Below are positions 11,840 to 22,747 of a stretch of 64,000 nucleotides of DNA, in pieces. The DNA is from a phage, in the sequence record PZ543597.1. One strand, written 5' to 3'. The translations under genes and the position numbers were made by a program. Each line of letters begins with the position of its first letter. Within the stretch, counting starts at the first letter, position 1. The notes under the pieces were generated by a model that had not been told where the DNA came from, searched no databases, and was given only the letters and a program-made list of their open reading frames with translations.

Positions 11840-13818
11840 TGTGATATAGGCTCCAAATCGATAGTTAAGTATTGTGGACGTAAGTCATTTTCAAATACAA
11901 TCAGTGAACCGTCGCGAGTAAAGATAACATCATCGGTTGGGTCAGAATATAATTCGATGGTCTGAACTTCAAATTTTTCAGATGTTAAATTAATTTTAGC
12001 GATATTCCAATAAATCACATCAGCTGGATAATTTATTTCACCGATAACATAGTATTTGTCGCGTCCATCAGAATTTGCTAATTTGTTAAAATCGTTGCCT
12101 GTATATGGCTGAATGTTTTCATTTTCTGTAACATCGCCAGAAGCAAATGGACCAATAATAACTTTACCAATTCCTTTAGAATCTCGGTCTGTTGATACTA
12201 TGCGAACGTCATATAATACATCTTCTTCTAAACCAGTATCAGGATTTACAACCTTTCGTCCAGAATTAAATGAAAACGTATTAGATTCCATAGAACGATC
12301 TTTTATTTGATTATTGTATTTAATACCTGCTTCAGGCGTTTTATAGAAGTTTTGTACTTCACGAACAATTTGAATTGTCGCTGATGAGCCAATGATAGAA
12401 TGATCTGCATCATCTACATATGTCAACATCTTAGATTTAGCGAAAGATGAATTAAAAATTTCTACGTCTTCGGTATAATAACGATCAATTTTATCAATTA
12501 TTTGACCTTCGAGCCACTGTTCGGATTCTTGCAGCTTATTTAAAGCATATGTGACTTTTAAATTAGTCTTAATAAAAAGATAATTAGGAGAAATAATTGA
12601 TGGCGTAATAGGAGCTAAATTATAGTCTTTGAGATAATTTTTAATATCTTCACGCTGTACAGTAGTTAAATACAGACCTGATTTAGGTTTAGCAGCAATA
12701 AATGCATAACCAGGTTTAGTAGAATCAGTGAAAGTCTGAACTGCTTGAATAATAGAACCAAATCTCTCTGAAACGAATGTATCATAGTCAGTCGCAGTTA
12801 CGCAGCGTTGCTGGGTTTCGCGTTTAATAGTACCCAATTCGCGGATACGCTCAATATCTTCTGGATCACCGCCGCCATCTGCCCCAACAAAATCTGGGTC
12901 ATCGTTTGGATTTTCATTAATATTGATGACAGTTATATTTGTTAATGTATCTGCGTATGAAAATCCGACTGCTCCGTTCGCGTCAGCACCATTAGTACTG
13001 ATGTACTCAATAACAATCGTAGAGTTCTGAGTAGGTTTAAGACCTCCGATATAATTAGCGGTCAAAGCTCCTTCAGAAGCATTAACAGAAATTTCACCTT
13101 CACCAAAATAGAATTCAGTATTTCCATCAATAGTTTCACGCATGTAGTAAATTGTCGATGTAGAACCAGCATGAACCATTGACTTTCTTGTCCAGTTAAT
13201 CCATTCTGCTCCATCAACGTATAATTTAACCTGGTTTCTATCAATATTTTTATCATAAATGATAATAGGTGTTAATTTATCATAAATGATTTCAGTTCTT
13301 ACTATACGTCCCTGGGCCAATTTTAAACGCGGAAAATATTGGTTATTTTTATCACGAATAGCAATAACGTCTTCGGTAGAAACGAAGTTATATGGATTAA
13401 CAGAAGTATCTTTTGCATATGCTAAAAAGCGAGTTCCGCGAGGAATAGTAATGTAATTCCTATTCAATGCGTCGGTGCATGTTAACATAATTTCGGTCTG
13501 CGCAGCGGATTTTGAAGTAGGTAAATATCCGTTATCTTGTGCAGCTTGAACAACTGAACTTCGTAAGTTAGCAGTACGCATAAAGCTTTCATACACAGCA
13601 GCATTACCAAACTGTTGAATGTACAGCGTATTATAAGCCAAAAGGTCGCACAGAACGTTTAATCTTGAGCCTTCAAAATCATAATCCAAAAATTCATTTT
13701 GGCCATTAAGCCATTCAATGAGGTTTTGTTTTATTTCAGCAAATGTACCCCCGACGAATATCTCGGGAATAGCATTTGCTGTTCTTGTTAATTGATAATT
13801 TACAGGGGTATTTGCCAT
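11836..13818 (-). CDS. 6: baseplate wedge protein gp6
   Basis: 660-aa ORF, same length as T4 gp6; synteny. Confidence 0.9.
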   Translation of the reverse strand: MANTPVNYQLTRTANAIPEIFVGGTFAEIKQNLIEWLNGQNEFLDYDFEGSRLNVLCDLLAYNTLYIQQFGNAAVYESFMRTANLRSSVVQAAQDNGYLPTSKSAAQTEIMLTCTDALNRNYITIPRGTRFLAYAKDTSVNPYNFVSTEDVIAIRDKNNQYFPRLKLAQGRIVRTEIIYDKLTPIIIYDKNIDRNQVKLYVDGAEWINWTRKSMVHAGSTSTIYYMRETIDGNTEFYFGEGEISVNASEGALTANYIGGLKPTQNSTIVIEYISTNGADANGAVGFSYADTLTNITVININENPNDDPDFVGADGGGDPEDIERIRELGTIKRETQQRCVTATDYDTFVSERFGSIIQAVQTFTDSTKPGYAFIAAKPKSGLYLTTVQREDIKNYLKDYNLAPITPSIISPNYLFIKTNLKVTYALNKLQESEQWLEGQIIDKIDRYYTEDVEIFNSSFAKSKMLTYVDDADHSIIGSSATIQIVREVQNFYKTPEAGIKYNNQIKDRSMESNTFSFNSGRKVVNPDTGLEEDVLYDVRIVSTDRDSKGIGKVIIGPFASGDVTENENIQPYTGNDFNKLANSDGRDKYYVIGEINYPADVIYWNIAKINLTSEKFEVQTIELYSDPTDDVIFTRDGSLIVFENDLRPQYLTIDLEPISQ

Positions 13819-13826
13819 TTTAAATC

Positions 13827-14120
13827 CTATTTAATGAATACTTTAGATGATGCCTGAGCCACAGTATCACCGCATGATATTGGATCAGCCATTTGAACCG
13901 CTTTCTTTCCAGTGACATATACCTTAGAAGTTCTAGGTTGTGTCACTCCGCCATGTGTTTCATATGGCTTTTTAATTTCTGTATGTTCTGTAATTGGATC
14001 ACCTGCTACGAGAACAGCAATTCCTCCAGTGAATACTTTACTTTGTGTAGCATTCACAACTGTTGGAGGCCATGCTTCATGGCCGGCAGTAACACACTTA
14101 TCATAACTTAATCCTGACAT
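13827..14120 (-). CDS. 5.4: gp5.4 PAAR-type tail spike tip protein
   Basis: 97-aa ORF between gene 5 and gene 6, same length as T4 gp5.4. Confidence 0.85.
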
Positions 14121-14678
14121 CTATGACCTCTCATACACATAGCTTCTTAATTTATTAGCCCAACGACTCCAATTTCCAACTATAGTTTTAGTATAATTTT
14201 TAACGAGAGTTTTTCTTACTGGAGCAGGAGGATCTGTCGGTTCAGTAGTATCAGAAGATGACCTAGAATTACTGCCAGAACCTCCAGATTCACTTTGTTC
14301 TTGGTAGTCATATATTAATGTTACTTCGTAAGTGAATGTCTTCTGGAGGTTTTGAGGAGCTTTCCATAAATACAACTGAGTATCAGAATCAGTAGGAAGT
14401 TCTTCCCATGAAGCAGCAGTTTTAAATTCATCGCCTAAACGATATTTCAACGCGTCATTTCCAAATCCAAACACAGATTCATATGTTCCGTATAAGCGAT
14501 TTTCTTCTACTAAAACCCCAGGAGTTTCTTCGTAACTAGTTATATTTATAGATACTAACGTTTCACCTGTTTCTAATTGAGCGGTAAAGGTGACGTCGAT
14601 AGAAGAACCTTCCATGGATTCTCCTAAATCAGCGCTCATTGGAAGTATATTAGCCAATGTCAATCCTCGATCCATCAA
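14121..14678 (-). CDS. hypothetical protein at the gene 5.1 position
   Basis: 185-aa ORF directly downstream of gene 5; the true start may be an internal Met (MSADLGES) just after the gene 5 stop. Confidence 0.5.
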
Positions 14679-16377
14679 TTGTGTATTGACCAGATGAAAT
14701 AGAACTCATAGATGCCATTTTTTCTGTCCAATCGCCACCAACGTCCCAATCAACTGTCCCAGCAACTTTCCAAGAAAGATTTCCATTTACTGTATTAGTC
14801 TGATTTCCTTCAACTAAAGTGGTAGCATCCCCTTTAACTGTAATGTCAGCATTACCTTCAACTACAATAGTAACATTACCTTTGACTAGGATAGTTCCAT
14901 TACCTTCAACTGTCTTAGTTTCATCGCCACGGACAAATATTGTATTGCTTCCATCTATCTGGTGAAGACGATTATCCATGTTGTAATAAATTTCTGATCC
15001 ACCGACGTTAGTCTTTTTATCACCGGCTACCAAAAAATTACCATCAGCGTTGGTTATATCATACAAATTATCAACAGTTTTTCTTGTTCTTCTTCCTGAC
15101 GGTGATACTTCTTCATAAGTTCCAGTTGGATGAACTAATCTGTATCGTTCTTGCCCAGGGGTATCATCAAATTCCTGAATATGTCCACTTTCAGTTTCCA
15201 TTGTATGCACATAAGGATATTCACCTTTATATGAAGAAACTGGTTCTTTGAATAAAATTCTCGAGTCATTTGGAATAGGAGGGTCAGCAGGGTCAGAAGA
15301 TTTAGCTACAGTAGCAGCCATTGCTGATAGAGACTTAGCTGGGGTTTTCACTTCAACGCCATATGATTCTAAATTTCCCGTAAGAATAATCATGGTAACA
15401 CGGGATGCACGGCCTTTTGTTTGTTGATACCATAATGAATCACGACCGGCTTTATACGCTTTTTCCCAATCTCCTGCTAACATAGCAGTTAACATTGTGT
15501 TAAATTTAGCTACACCACCAACACCCATCTGAAATGCCATATTTTCTAACGCCATTTGACGAGAACGGTTGACAGCTTGCCAGACTGGTCCTACTTTAGA
15601 ATGTGATTTAATGTCCCGTTGCATATCAGCCAAATCACGTTCAAATAAAGTCGTCGCCTCTTCCATCGTAATAGAACCTGGGTTTCCAGTAATTTCACGA
15701 CCAACTTGTTTTGATAAAACTTTATTAATTTGAGCCATATCACGAACTGGCTGCTTTATGATAAGATGACCAATACCAATTGTCGGATATCCTTCAGTAT
15801 CCCAATAAACTTTTAGTCTTAATCCTTCATCACGGCGAAGCATGTCAGCCATTGACATATTTGGATTATCATCGGTTGGAATCTCTGATAGTGGTCTATC
15901 ATCGGGATTTATTGCAGTGTCTAAGTTACTATCTTGGATAATGTTAGAAGACGAATCATATCCTACTTCTCCGCCTTGGTTTAATACATTAGTATCATTT
16001 CCTAAACGTCTAGGATATTGCCCAGTTGGGTCAGAAAATCCTTCAAGTCTATTCGGTTTTTCGCGAACTATTCCACCATACGTGCCAAGGACAATTCCGT
16101 TAGTTTTCCATTTGTCTAAAAAATGACCATAAACTCTAGTTCCTTCTACCGGTCCAGTAACAGAACCTCCAATTCCAGACATTGCTGCAGAAGTTATAGG
16201 TTGAATAACTGACATCCATGGTAATTTTTCAGTTGGAATACCCATTACATCGCCTTGTGCTCTTTGAGGTGGATGCAGACCAACCACACGAACACGAACA
16301 CGACCTAATTTTAATGGGTCCATTCTATCTTCAACAACACCAACAAACCAATTAAGGTTATTACTTATCATTTCCAT
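14650..16377 (-). CDS. 5: baseplate hub / tail-associated lysozyme gp5
   Basis: 575-aa ORF with an internal lysozyme domain (RRDEGLRLKVYWDTEGYPTIGIGHLI) and a C-terminal VxGxxxxx beta-helix repeat. Confidence 0.95.
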   Translation of the reverse strand: MEMISNNLNWFVGVVEDRMDPLKLGRVRVRVVGLHPPQRAQGDVMGIPTEKLPWMSVIQPITSAAMSGIGGSVTGPVEGTRVYGHFLDKWKTNGIVLGTYGGIVREKPNRLEGFSDPTGQYPRRLGNDTNVLNQGGEVGYDSSSNIIQDSNLDTAINPDDRPLSEIPTDDNPNMSMADMLRRDEGLRLKVYWDTEGYPTIGIGHLIIKQPVRDMAQINKVLSKQVGREITGNPGSITMEEATTLFERDLADMQRDIKSHSKVGPVWQAVNRSRQMALENMAFQMGVGGVAKFNTMLTAMLAGDWEKAYKAGRDSLWYQQTKGRASRVTMIILTGNLESYGVEVKTPAKSLSAMAATVAKSSDPADPPIPNDSRILFKEPVSSYKGEYPYVHTMETESGHIQEFDDTPGQERYRLVHPTGTYEEVSPSGRRTRKTVDNLYDITNADGNFLVAGDKKTNVGGSEIYYNMDNRLHQIDGSNTIFVRGDETKTVEGNGTILVKGNVTIVVEGNADITVKGDATTLVEGNQTNTVNGNLSWKVAGTVDWDVGGDWTEKMASMSSISSGQYTIDGSRIDIG

Positions 16378-16951
16378 AAGATTTCTCCATTATACGTATA
16401 AGGTCGTTCATAAATGAATTAATGTCTGATTTTGCTATTATTTTTATTTGACGAAGTTTTTCATTTTCAAGAACAGCATCTTCATACGTATTAACAGCAG
16501 CAAGTGCTCCTTCATATTGAGGATATTTTCTAGCTTTATCACCTTTATCATACCAAACATATGGATTATCATCGTATGATATTAAATTATAAAATTTTTC
16601 ACCGTTCTCATTCACATGATATACTATTTGGTCTCCACCTACATTTTTGTATTTTTGTATAGATGCTTGATAAGCTGCTTCTTGTGAAGTAATCCATCCA
16701 TAATACGGGTCATAATTATCATTACACATCAATAAAACCCAATACAACTGTGGATTTCCATATATAGTATTTGCTAATTCTTCCGGGCGTGGTGAACCTT
16801 TGATATAATAAGTACGTAAGCGGTATCCCGCAAGAGCGCGTTTAAAATAGTCTTTATAGTTTCTAAAAATATCTGTCATAGGAATAGTCGGCGCGTTTTT
16901 ATTCACCGTTTTGGCCGCATATTCAATCGGATCAAAAAATGTAAAGAGCAT
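16361..16951 (-). CDS. 53: baseplate wedge protein gp53
   Basis: 196-aa ORF, same length as T4 gp53; diverges from gene 4. Confidence 0.85.
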   Translation of the reverse strand: MLFTFFDPIEYAAKTVNKNAPTIPMTDIFRNYKDYFKRALAGYRLRTYYIKGSPRPEELANTIYGNPQLYWVLLMCNDNYDPYYGWITSQEAAYQASIQKYKNVGGDQIVYHVNENGEKFYNLISYDDNPYVWYDKGDKARKYPQYEGALAAVNTYEDAVLENEKLRQIKIIAKSDINSFMNDLIRIMEKSYGNDK

Positions 16952-16964
16952 GGGCCCTCCTGTT

Positions 16965-16972
16965 TATAAATA
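16965..16972 (+). promoter_or_regulatory. T4-type late promoter (TATAAATA) for gene 4
   Basis: Exact TATAAATA 27 nt upstream of the gene 4 ATG. Confidence 0.6.
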
Positions 16973-16979
16973 TATTATC

Positions 16980-16987
16980 TATTTATA
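16980..16987 (-). promoter_or_regulatory. T4-type late promoter (TATAAATA) for gene 53
   Basis: Reverse complement is TATAAATA, about 29 nt upstream of the gene 53 start; divergent partner of the gene 4 late promoter. Confidence 0.6.
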
Positions 16988-16998
16988 AGGAGAATCCA

Positions 16999-17451
16999 AT
17001 GGCATATTCTGGAAAATGGGTTCCTAAAAATATATCAAAATATAGAGGTGACCCTAAAAAAATTACGTATAGATCAAATTGGGAAAAATTCTTTTTTGAA
17101 TGGTTAGATAAAAATCCAGAAATTATTGCATGGGGTAGTGAAACAGCAGTAATTCCTTATTTTTGTAATGCAGAAGGGAAAAAACGTAGATACTTCATGG
17201 ATATTTGGATGAAAGATTCTTCTGGACAAGAATTTTTTATTGAAATAAAACCTAAAAAAGAAACACAACCACCAGTTAAACCAGCACATCTAACAACTGC
17301 AGCGAAGAAAAGATTTATGAATGAAATTTATACATATTCCGTTAATACTGACAAATGGAAAGCAGCGCAATCTTTAGCTGAAAAGCGTGGAATAAAATTT
17401 AGAATTCTAACAGAAGATGGATTACGAGCTCTTGGCTTTAAGGGGGCATAA
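16999..17451 (+). CDS. 4: head completion protein gp4
   Basis: 150-aa ORF, same length as T4 gp4; its stop overlaps the gene 2 start (TAATG). Confidence 0.85.
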   Translation: MAYSGKWVPKNISKYRGDPKKITYRSNWEKFFFEWLDKNPEIIAWGSETAVIPYFCNAEGKKRRYFMDIWMKDSSGQEFFIEIKPKKETQPPVKPAHLTTAAKKRFMNEIYTYSVNTDKWKAAQSLAEKRGIKFRILTEDGLRALGFKGA

Positions 17452-18275
17452 TGGCTATTTTTCAAATAATTAATGAAAGCACTCCCCAAGTTCCAAAGGT
17501 TAAGCAATCATTAAACGAAAAGAAATGGATTCAGATAGGTCTTGAATACAGAAAGGCCAAAGCAAAAGGAATGACAGGAAAGCAATTTGCTGAAGAAAGA
17601 GGAATCAAATACTCTACGTTTACTTCGGCAATGTCAAAATATGCTTCAGGAATTAAAACAGCTGAAAAGATTCAAAAGCTTGAATCAAAACCAATGAATA
17701 AACTCAATAAGCAAGAAAGACAACTGCTTATGATAAATTCATTCAGGCAAACATTGCGTGATAAAATTCGTAATGAAGGTGCAGCAATTAATAATAAAAC
17801 CAGAAAGTGGTTTGCTGAAACTATTAAGCAAGTAAAAGGACATAAGGTTGTTCGCCCGCAGCCGGGACGAATATATGCTTTTGCTTATGATGCTAAACAC
17901 AAGGAAACTCTTCCTTACTGGGATAAATTTCCTTTGATAATTTACCTTGGTTTAGGTAAGCATAATTTAATGTACGGATTGAACTTGCACTATATTCCAC
18001 CTAAAGCTCGCCAGCAATTCCTAGAAGAGCTTTTAAAGCAATATTCAAATACACCTACTATTACTAATAAAACGAAATTAAAAATTGATTGGAGTCAAGT
18101 GAAAGGATTTAGGGGTGCAGACCAAATGATTAAGGCATATATACCTGGTAATATTATGGGTAGCCTTGTTGAAATCGCCCCGAAAGACTGGGCGAACGTT
18201 GTGTTAATGCCACTTCAGCAGTTCGTTTCAAAAGGAAAACGTTTCTCTGCAAACAAAGTCTGGTCAAATATCTAA
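17451..18275 (+). CDS. 2: DNA end-protector protein gp2
   Basis: 274-aa basic protein, same length as T4 gp2; synteny. Confidence 0.85.
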   Translation: MAIFQIINESTPQVPKVKQSLNEKKWIQIGLEYRKAKAKGMTGKQFAEERGIKYSTFTSAMSKYASGIKTAEKIQKLESKPMNKLNKQERQLLMINSFRQTLRDKIRNEGAAINNKTRKWFAETIKQVKGHKVVRPQPGRIYAFAYDAKHKETLPYWDKFPLIIYLGLGKHNLMYGLNLHYIPPKARQQFLEELLKQYSNTPTITNKTKLKIDWSQVKGFRGADQMIKAYIPGNIMGSLVEIAPKDWANVVLMPLQQFVSKGKRFSANKVWSNI

Positions 18276-18381
18276 TTCTATTATCTTCCATTCTTTTCTA
18301 TTGTTTGTTCTAATTGGAATTGAATGGAAGGGACTTAGACCCATTATACCACCAACATTTATAAAGCATTATGAGGAATAT

Positions 18382-18912
18382 ATGTCGCAAGCACTGCAAC
18401 AAATTTTTAACCAAGCAAATACAACTAACTTTGTAGTATCAATACCACATAGTAATACTACATCTGCTTTTACTTTAAATGCTCAGTCAGTTCCTATTCC
18501 AGGAATTAGGATACCTGTTACTGATACCGTGACTGGGCCGTTTGGACTAGGCAGAGCACAACGTCCAGGAGTTACATTTGAATACGATCCACTCATCGTG
18601 AGATTTATAGTTGACGAAGAGCTTAAGTCGTGGATAGGAATGTATGAATGGATGCTAGGAACTAGTAACTATCTTACAGGCGAAAATACTGCCCAAAAAA
18701 CAGGTCCTGAATACATTACGCTTTACATTTTAGATAATAGTAAAACTGAAATCGTGATGTCAATAAATTTTTATAAGCCTTGGGTTTCTGACCTGTCTGA
18801 AGTAGAATTTAGCTACACGGAAGATTCAGACCCAGCTTTAGTATGCACAGCAACGATTCCTTATACGTATTTTCAAGTAGAAAAAGATGGCAAAATTATA
18901 GCAGAAGTTTAA
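18382..18912 (+). CDS. 3: tail completion / sheath stabiliser gp3
   Basis: 176 aa from the internal ATG preceded by gaggaa; the track ORF starts 27 codons upstream without an RBS. Confidence 0.8.
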   Translation: MSQALQQIFNQANTTNFVVSIPHSNTTSAFTLNAQSVPIPGIRIPVTDTVTGPFGLGRAQRPGVTFEYDPLIVRFIVDEELKSWIGMYEWMLGTSNYLTGENTAQKTGPEYITLYILDNSKTEIVMSINFYKPWVSDLSEVEFSYTEDSDPALVCTATIPYTYFQVEKDGKIIAEV

Positions 18913-18961
18913 TGCTTCAGTTTCATGTGTTATAATCTTAACTAAATTTGAGGAGAAACAC

Positions 18962-19686
18962 ATGAAACTAATCTTTTTAAGTGGTGTAAAGCGTAGTGGA
19001 AAAGATACTACTGCAGATTTTATCATGAATAATTATTCTGCAGTTAAATATCAACTTGCTGGTCCTATTAAAGATGCATTGGCTTATGCATGGGGTGTAT
19101 TTGCAGCAAACACTGACTATCCTTGCTTAACTCGTAGAGAGTTTGAAGGAATTGACTATGATCGTGAGACTAATTTGAATTTGACTAAATTAGAAGTAAT
19201 TATGATTATGGAACAAGCATTTTGCTATCTTAATGGTAAAAGCCCAATTAAAGGTGTGTTTGTTTTTGATGACGAAGGAAAAGAATCAGTTAATTTCGTA
19301 GCATTTAACAAAATTACTGACGTTATAAATAATATTGAAGATCAATGGTCAGTCCGTCGTCTGATGCAAGCCCTAGGTACGGATTTGATTGTTAATAACT
19401 TCGACCGCATGTACTGGGTAAAATTATTTGCTTTAGATTATCTTGATAAATTTAACTCAGGTTATGATTATTATATCGTTCCTGATACCCGTCAAGATCA
19501 TGAAATGGATGCGGCTAGGGCGATGGGTGCTACAGTAATTCATGTAGTTCGTCCTGGTCAAAAATCCAATGATACACATATTACAGAAGCTGGATTGCCA
19601 ATTCGTGATGGCGATTTAGTAATTACAAACGATGGTTCTCTTGAAGAACTTTTTTCTAAAATTAAAAATACACTAAAGGTACTATA

Positions 19687-19687
<1 letters not shown>
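18962..19687 (+). CDS. 1: deoxynucleoside monophosphate kinase
   Basis: 241-aa ORF with P-loop GVKRSGKDT; matches T4 gp1 as recalled. Confidence 0.95.
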
Positions 19688-20372
<685 letters not shown>

Positions 20373-20385
20373 TTTCACAAAGTTG

Positions 20386-20414
20386 TTTACATAGGGTTTT
20401 AGTTGTGATACTAT
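20386..20414 (+). promoter_or_regulatory. T4-type early promoter (-35 TTTACA, 17-bp spacer, -10 TACTAT)
   Basis: Preceded by ttcacaaagttg; a 7-bp inverted repeat atagggt/accctat brackets the spacer and -10. Confidence 0.65.
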
Positions 20415-20448
20415 TACCCTATCAAAACAAAACCAAATGGAAATCAAA

Positions 20449-20682
20449 ATGAAAACTTACCAAGAATTTATTGCTGAAACTGCTGATGTAAAAGTTGAGT
20501 TTATTTACACTGGCAAGAAAGATAAAATGGGTGAAATGCCTCATGGAGTTCTTCGTGATGCATTAGATAATTTCGGTCAACTCGCCGCAGAAGATTACGG
20601 TGATAAAATTGTTGTTACTGGTCCTGCTGCAGTTATTGAAAAATGGGCAGCAGAAAATAAATCAATTTTTCGTAAAAAATAA
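20449..20682 (+). CDS. internal-protein-like gene with capsid targeting sequence (ipI locus)
   Basis: Begins MKTYQEFIAE, the T-even capsid targeting sequence cleaved by the prohead protease; the rest of the 77-aa protein does not match T4 IpI as recalled. Confidence 0.6.
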   Translation: MKTYQEFIAETADVKVEFIYTGKKDKMGEMPHGVLRDALDNFGQLAAEDYGDKIVVTGPAAVIEKWAAENKSIFRKK

Positions 20683-20683
20683 G

Positions 20684-20712
20684 TTTACTTTTAGATAGGG
20701 TAGTGATACTAT
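20684..20712 (+). promoter_or_regulatory. T4-type early promoter with embedded stem-loop
   Basis: -35 TTTACT, 17-bp spacer, -10 TACTAT; 9-bp inverted repeat gatagggta/taccctatc (20694-20721) with the -10 in its loop. Confidence 0.65.
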
Positions 20713-20740
20713 TACCCTATCTACTACTGAGGAGAATAAA

Positions 20741-20926
20741 ATGAAACGTTGTGAATTAATTCGAAATGTTGCTATTGCAATTTCTGCTTCCGCTTTTAGT
20801 TTTTCAATGTTTGTTGGATTTATATGTGGATTATTGACTACAGCAGAAAATGTGTTTTCACTTGTAGTAGCATTTTTAATTGGTTTAATTGCTATTGTTA
20901 TGGATAAAATTTCTAAAGGTGAATAA
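20741..20926 (+). CDS. small hydrophobic membrane protein
   Basis: 61-aa ORF with two hydrophobic segments and an RBS (gaggag). Confidence 0.5.
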   Translation: MKRCELIRNVAIAISASAFSFSMFVGFICGLLTTAENVFSLVVAFLIGLIAIVMDKISKGE

Positions 20927-21324
20927 TGAACGTTGAATATTATGTATATGCGGATTACGAAAATAATCCGTCTAAAGATGAAGATAATCGTTTAGGTGTA
21001 GATGCTTTCGATTCCCCTGCGGCGGCATGGCAATGGGTTGAAAGAACCGATATTCCTTACCGTTATATTGAAGTGGTTGACCACGCAGGAAACAAGTATC
21101 CTAAGGAAGCATATGTTGCTTCCGGGAAGGTAAATTTCCTTTTGTTTGCAGGTGATAATTATTATCCCCGTGGTGGGTATACCGATTTAATTGCTAAAGC
21201 ATTCTCTGAAGATGAACTCCGTGACATTATCAAAGAAAATGAAAACAAACCGATGGATTCTAATCGCTTTGATTGGTGGCAAATCGTAAATGCTAATACT
21301 CACACTATTGTTGATGAAGGCTGA
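20926..21324 (+). CDS. hypothetical protein
   Basis: 132-aa ORF with ATGA overlap to the upstream gene; phage-like composition. Confidence 0.55.
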   Translation: MNVEYYVYADYENNPSKDEDNRLGVDAFDSPAAAWQWVERTDIPYRYIEVVDHAGNKYPKEAYVASGKVNFLLFAGDNYYPRGGYTDLIAKAFSEDELRDIIKENENKPMDSNRFDWWQIVNANTHTIVDEG

Positions 21325-21326
21325 TA

Positions 21327-21614
21327 ATGATTCTTTATGCGAAAGTATCATCCATTGAAAATGGATATAAATATGATCAAGACGCGGCTAAAGCTTTGAT
21401 TGATGATTATGGCATTTTAACATGTTTTGAAGTTGAAAAGGTTTACATTGACCGTTCATCTTCTCAAGTTAAATTAGTGAAGGAAGAACGTAAATTTAAT
21501 ACAGTAAATTTTGATTTCTTTATTGAAACAGAAAAAGGTCCTCTTGAATATGATATTTTCAAGAATCCTTTGGGTCTTGAATGCATCGTAAATATGTATT
21601 ATTATAAATGGTAA
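21327..21614 (+). CDS. hypothetical protein
   Basis: 95-aa ORF abutting the upstream gene. Confidence 0.5.
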   Translation: MILYAKVSSIENGYKYDQDAAKALIDDYGILTCFEVEKVYIDRSSSQVKLVKEERKFNTVNFDFFIETEKGPLEYDIFKNPLGLECIVNMYYYKW

Positions 21615-21617
21615 ATA

Positions 21618-21642
21618 TGCTTTAAGAATTATTTGTTATTAT
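21618..21642 (+). promoter_or_regulatory. candidate MotA-dependent middle promoter upstream of the tRNA cluster
   Basis: MotA-box-like TGCTTTA at 21618-21624 and TATTAT at 21637-21642; the spacing is slightly short of consensus. Confidence 0.3.
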
Positions 21643-21711
21643 TAACTCATATCGCACTGATTAATACCCTCTATCATCAAGGGTTCTTGCTTAAGAGCCT
21701 TTGTTAATAAT

Positions 21712-21784
21712 TGGGAATTAGCCAAGTTGGTAAGGCACTGGATTTTGATTCCAGGATGCAAAGGTTCGAGTCCTTTATTCCCAG
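21712..21784 (+). tRNA. tRNA-Gln: tRNA-Gln (anticodon UUG)
   Basis: Manual cloverleaf: acceptor tgggaat/attccca, anticodon loop ttTTGat, T-loop ttcgagt. Confidence 0.85.
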
Positions 21785-21785
21785 C

Positions 21786-21872
21786 GCGAGAATGGCCAAA
21801 TTGGTAAAGGCACAGCACTTAAAATGCTGCGGAATGATTTCCTTGTGGGTTCGAGTCCCACTTCTCGCACCA
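21786..21872 (+). tRNA. tRNA-Leu: tRNA-Leu (anticodon UAA), class II, CCA encoded
   Basis: Acceptor gcgagaa/ttctcgc, anticodon loop ctTAAaa, long variable arm, 3' CCA. Confidence 0.85.
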
Positions 21873-21877
21873 AATTT

Positions 21878-21951
<74 letters not shown>

Positions 21952-21961
21952 ATTTAATTTA

Positions 21962-22035
21962 CTCCGTGTAGCTCAGTTTGGTAGAGCGTCTGCTTTGGGA
22001 GCAGAATGTCGTAGGTTCAAATCCTGCCACGGAGA
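21962..22035 (+). tRNA. tRNA-Pro: tRNA-Pro (anticodon UGG)
   Basis: Acceptor ctccgtg/cacggag, anticodon stem tctgc/gcaga, loop ttTGGga. Confidence 0.85.
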
Positions 22036-22037
22036 CT

Positions 22038-22127
22038 GGAGGCGTGGCAGAGTGGTTTAATGCACCGGTCTTGAAAATCGGCAGTCGCTCCGGCGACTCA
22101 TAGGTTCAAATCCTATCGCCTCCGCCA
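22038..22127 (+). tRNA. tRNA-Ser: tRNA-Ser (anticodon UGA), class II
   Basis: Acceptor ggaggcg/cgcctcc, anticodon loop ctTGAaa, long variable arm, 3' CCA. Confidence 0.85.
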
Positions 22128-22132
22128 GTTTT

Positions 22133-22208
22133 GCTGATTTAGCTCAGTAGGTAGAGCAACTCACTTGTAATGAGAAGGTCGGCGGTTCGATTCCGTCAAT
22201 CAGCACCA
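22133..22208 (+). tRNA. tRNA-Thr: tRNA-Thr (anticodon UGU)
   Basis: Acceptor gctgatt/aatcagc, anticodon loop ctTGTaa, 3' CCA. Confidence 0.85.
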
Positions 22209-22209
22209 A

Positions 22210-22284
22210 GGCCCTGTAGCTGGAAGGTTCAAGCAAGCGACTCATAATCGCCAGATGGTGGTTCAATTCCACCCAGGGCCACCA
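22210..22284 (+). tRNA. tRNA-Ile: tRNA with anticodon CAU (Ile by analogy with T4, where the wobble C is modified; Met not excluded)
   Basis: Acceptor ggccctg/cagggcc, anticodon loop ctCATaa, 3' CCA. Confidence 0.75.
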
Positions 22285-22293
22285 AATTAATTT

Positions 22294-22380
22294 GGGGAGT
22301 TATCCCGTAGAGGTAGCGGTGTGGACTGTAAATCCATTGTCATTGCGACTCGGGTGGTTCGACTCCACCACTCCCCACCA
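22294..22380 (+). tRNA. tRNA-Tyr: tRNA-Tyr (anticodon GUA), class II; not among the eight T4 tRNAs
   Basis: Acceptor ggggagt/actcccc, anticodon stem gtgga/tccat with loop ctGTAaa, 15-nt variable arm, T-arm ggtgg-ttcgact-ccacc, 3' CCA. Confidence 0.7.
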
Positions 22381-22384
22381 ATTT

Positions 22385-22459
22385 GGATGTGTAGCTCAAT
22401 GGCAGAGCGATCGCCTGTTAAGCGATTGGTTATAGGTTCGAATCCTATCACGTCCGCCA
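22385..22459 (+). tRNA. tRNA-Asn: tRNA-Asn (anticodon GUU); not among the eight T4 tRNAs
   Basis: Acceptor ggatgtg/cacgtcc (one G-U), anticodon stem atcgc/gcgat with loop ctGTTaa, T-loop ttcgaat, 3' CCA. Confidence 0.7.
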
Positions 22460-22573
22460 AATTTGTGACAACTGTCACATTAATATCTACTTGACGCGAT
22501 TATAGGGGTTGAACTGATCACTCTTCTCTTAATTTCGTGTGAAGACATCTTGATTGTTGGAGTAGGTATTAAT

Positions 22574-22649
22574 GTGGCCGTAGTTCAGTTGGTAGAACTC
22601 GAGATTGTGATTCTCGTAGTCATGGGTTCGACTCCCATCGGTCACCCCA
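22574..22649 (+). tRNA. tRNA-His: tRNA-His (anticodon GUG); not among the eight T4 tRNAs
   Basis: Acceptor gtggccg/cggtcac, D-stem gttc/gaac, anticodon stem cgaga/tctcg with loop ttGTGat, T-loop ttcgact, 3' CCA. Confidence 0.7.
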
Positions 22650-22653
22650 ATTA

Positions 22654-22729
22654 CGGGGCATAGCTCAGAAGGAAGAGCAAGGACCTTCTAAGTCCTAGGT
22701 CGTAGGTTCGATCCCTACTGCCTCGACCA
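22654..22729 (+). tRNA. tRNA-Arg: tRNA-Arg (anticodon UCU)
   Basis: Acceptor cggggca/tgcctcg, anticodon stem aggac/gtcct with loop ctTCTaa, T-loop ttcgatc, 3' CCA. Confidence 0.85.
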
Positions 22730-22747
22730 ATTATAAGTGAGGAAAAT

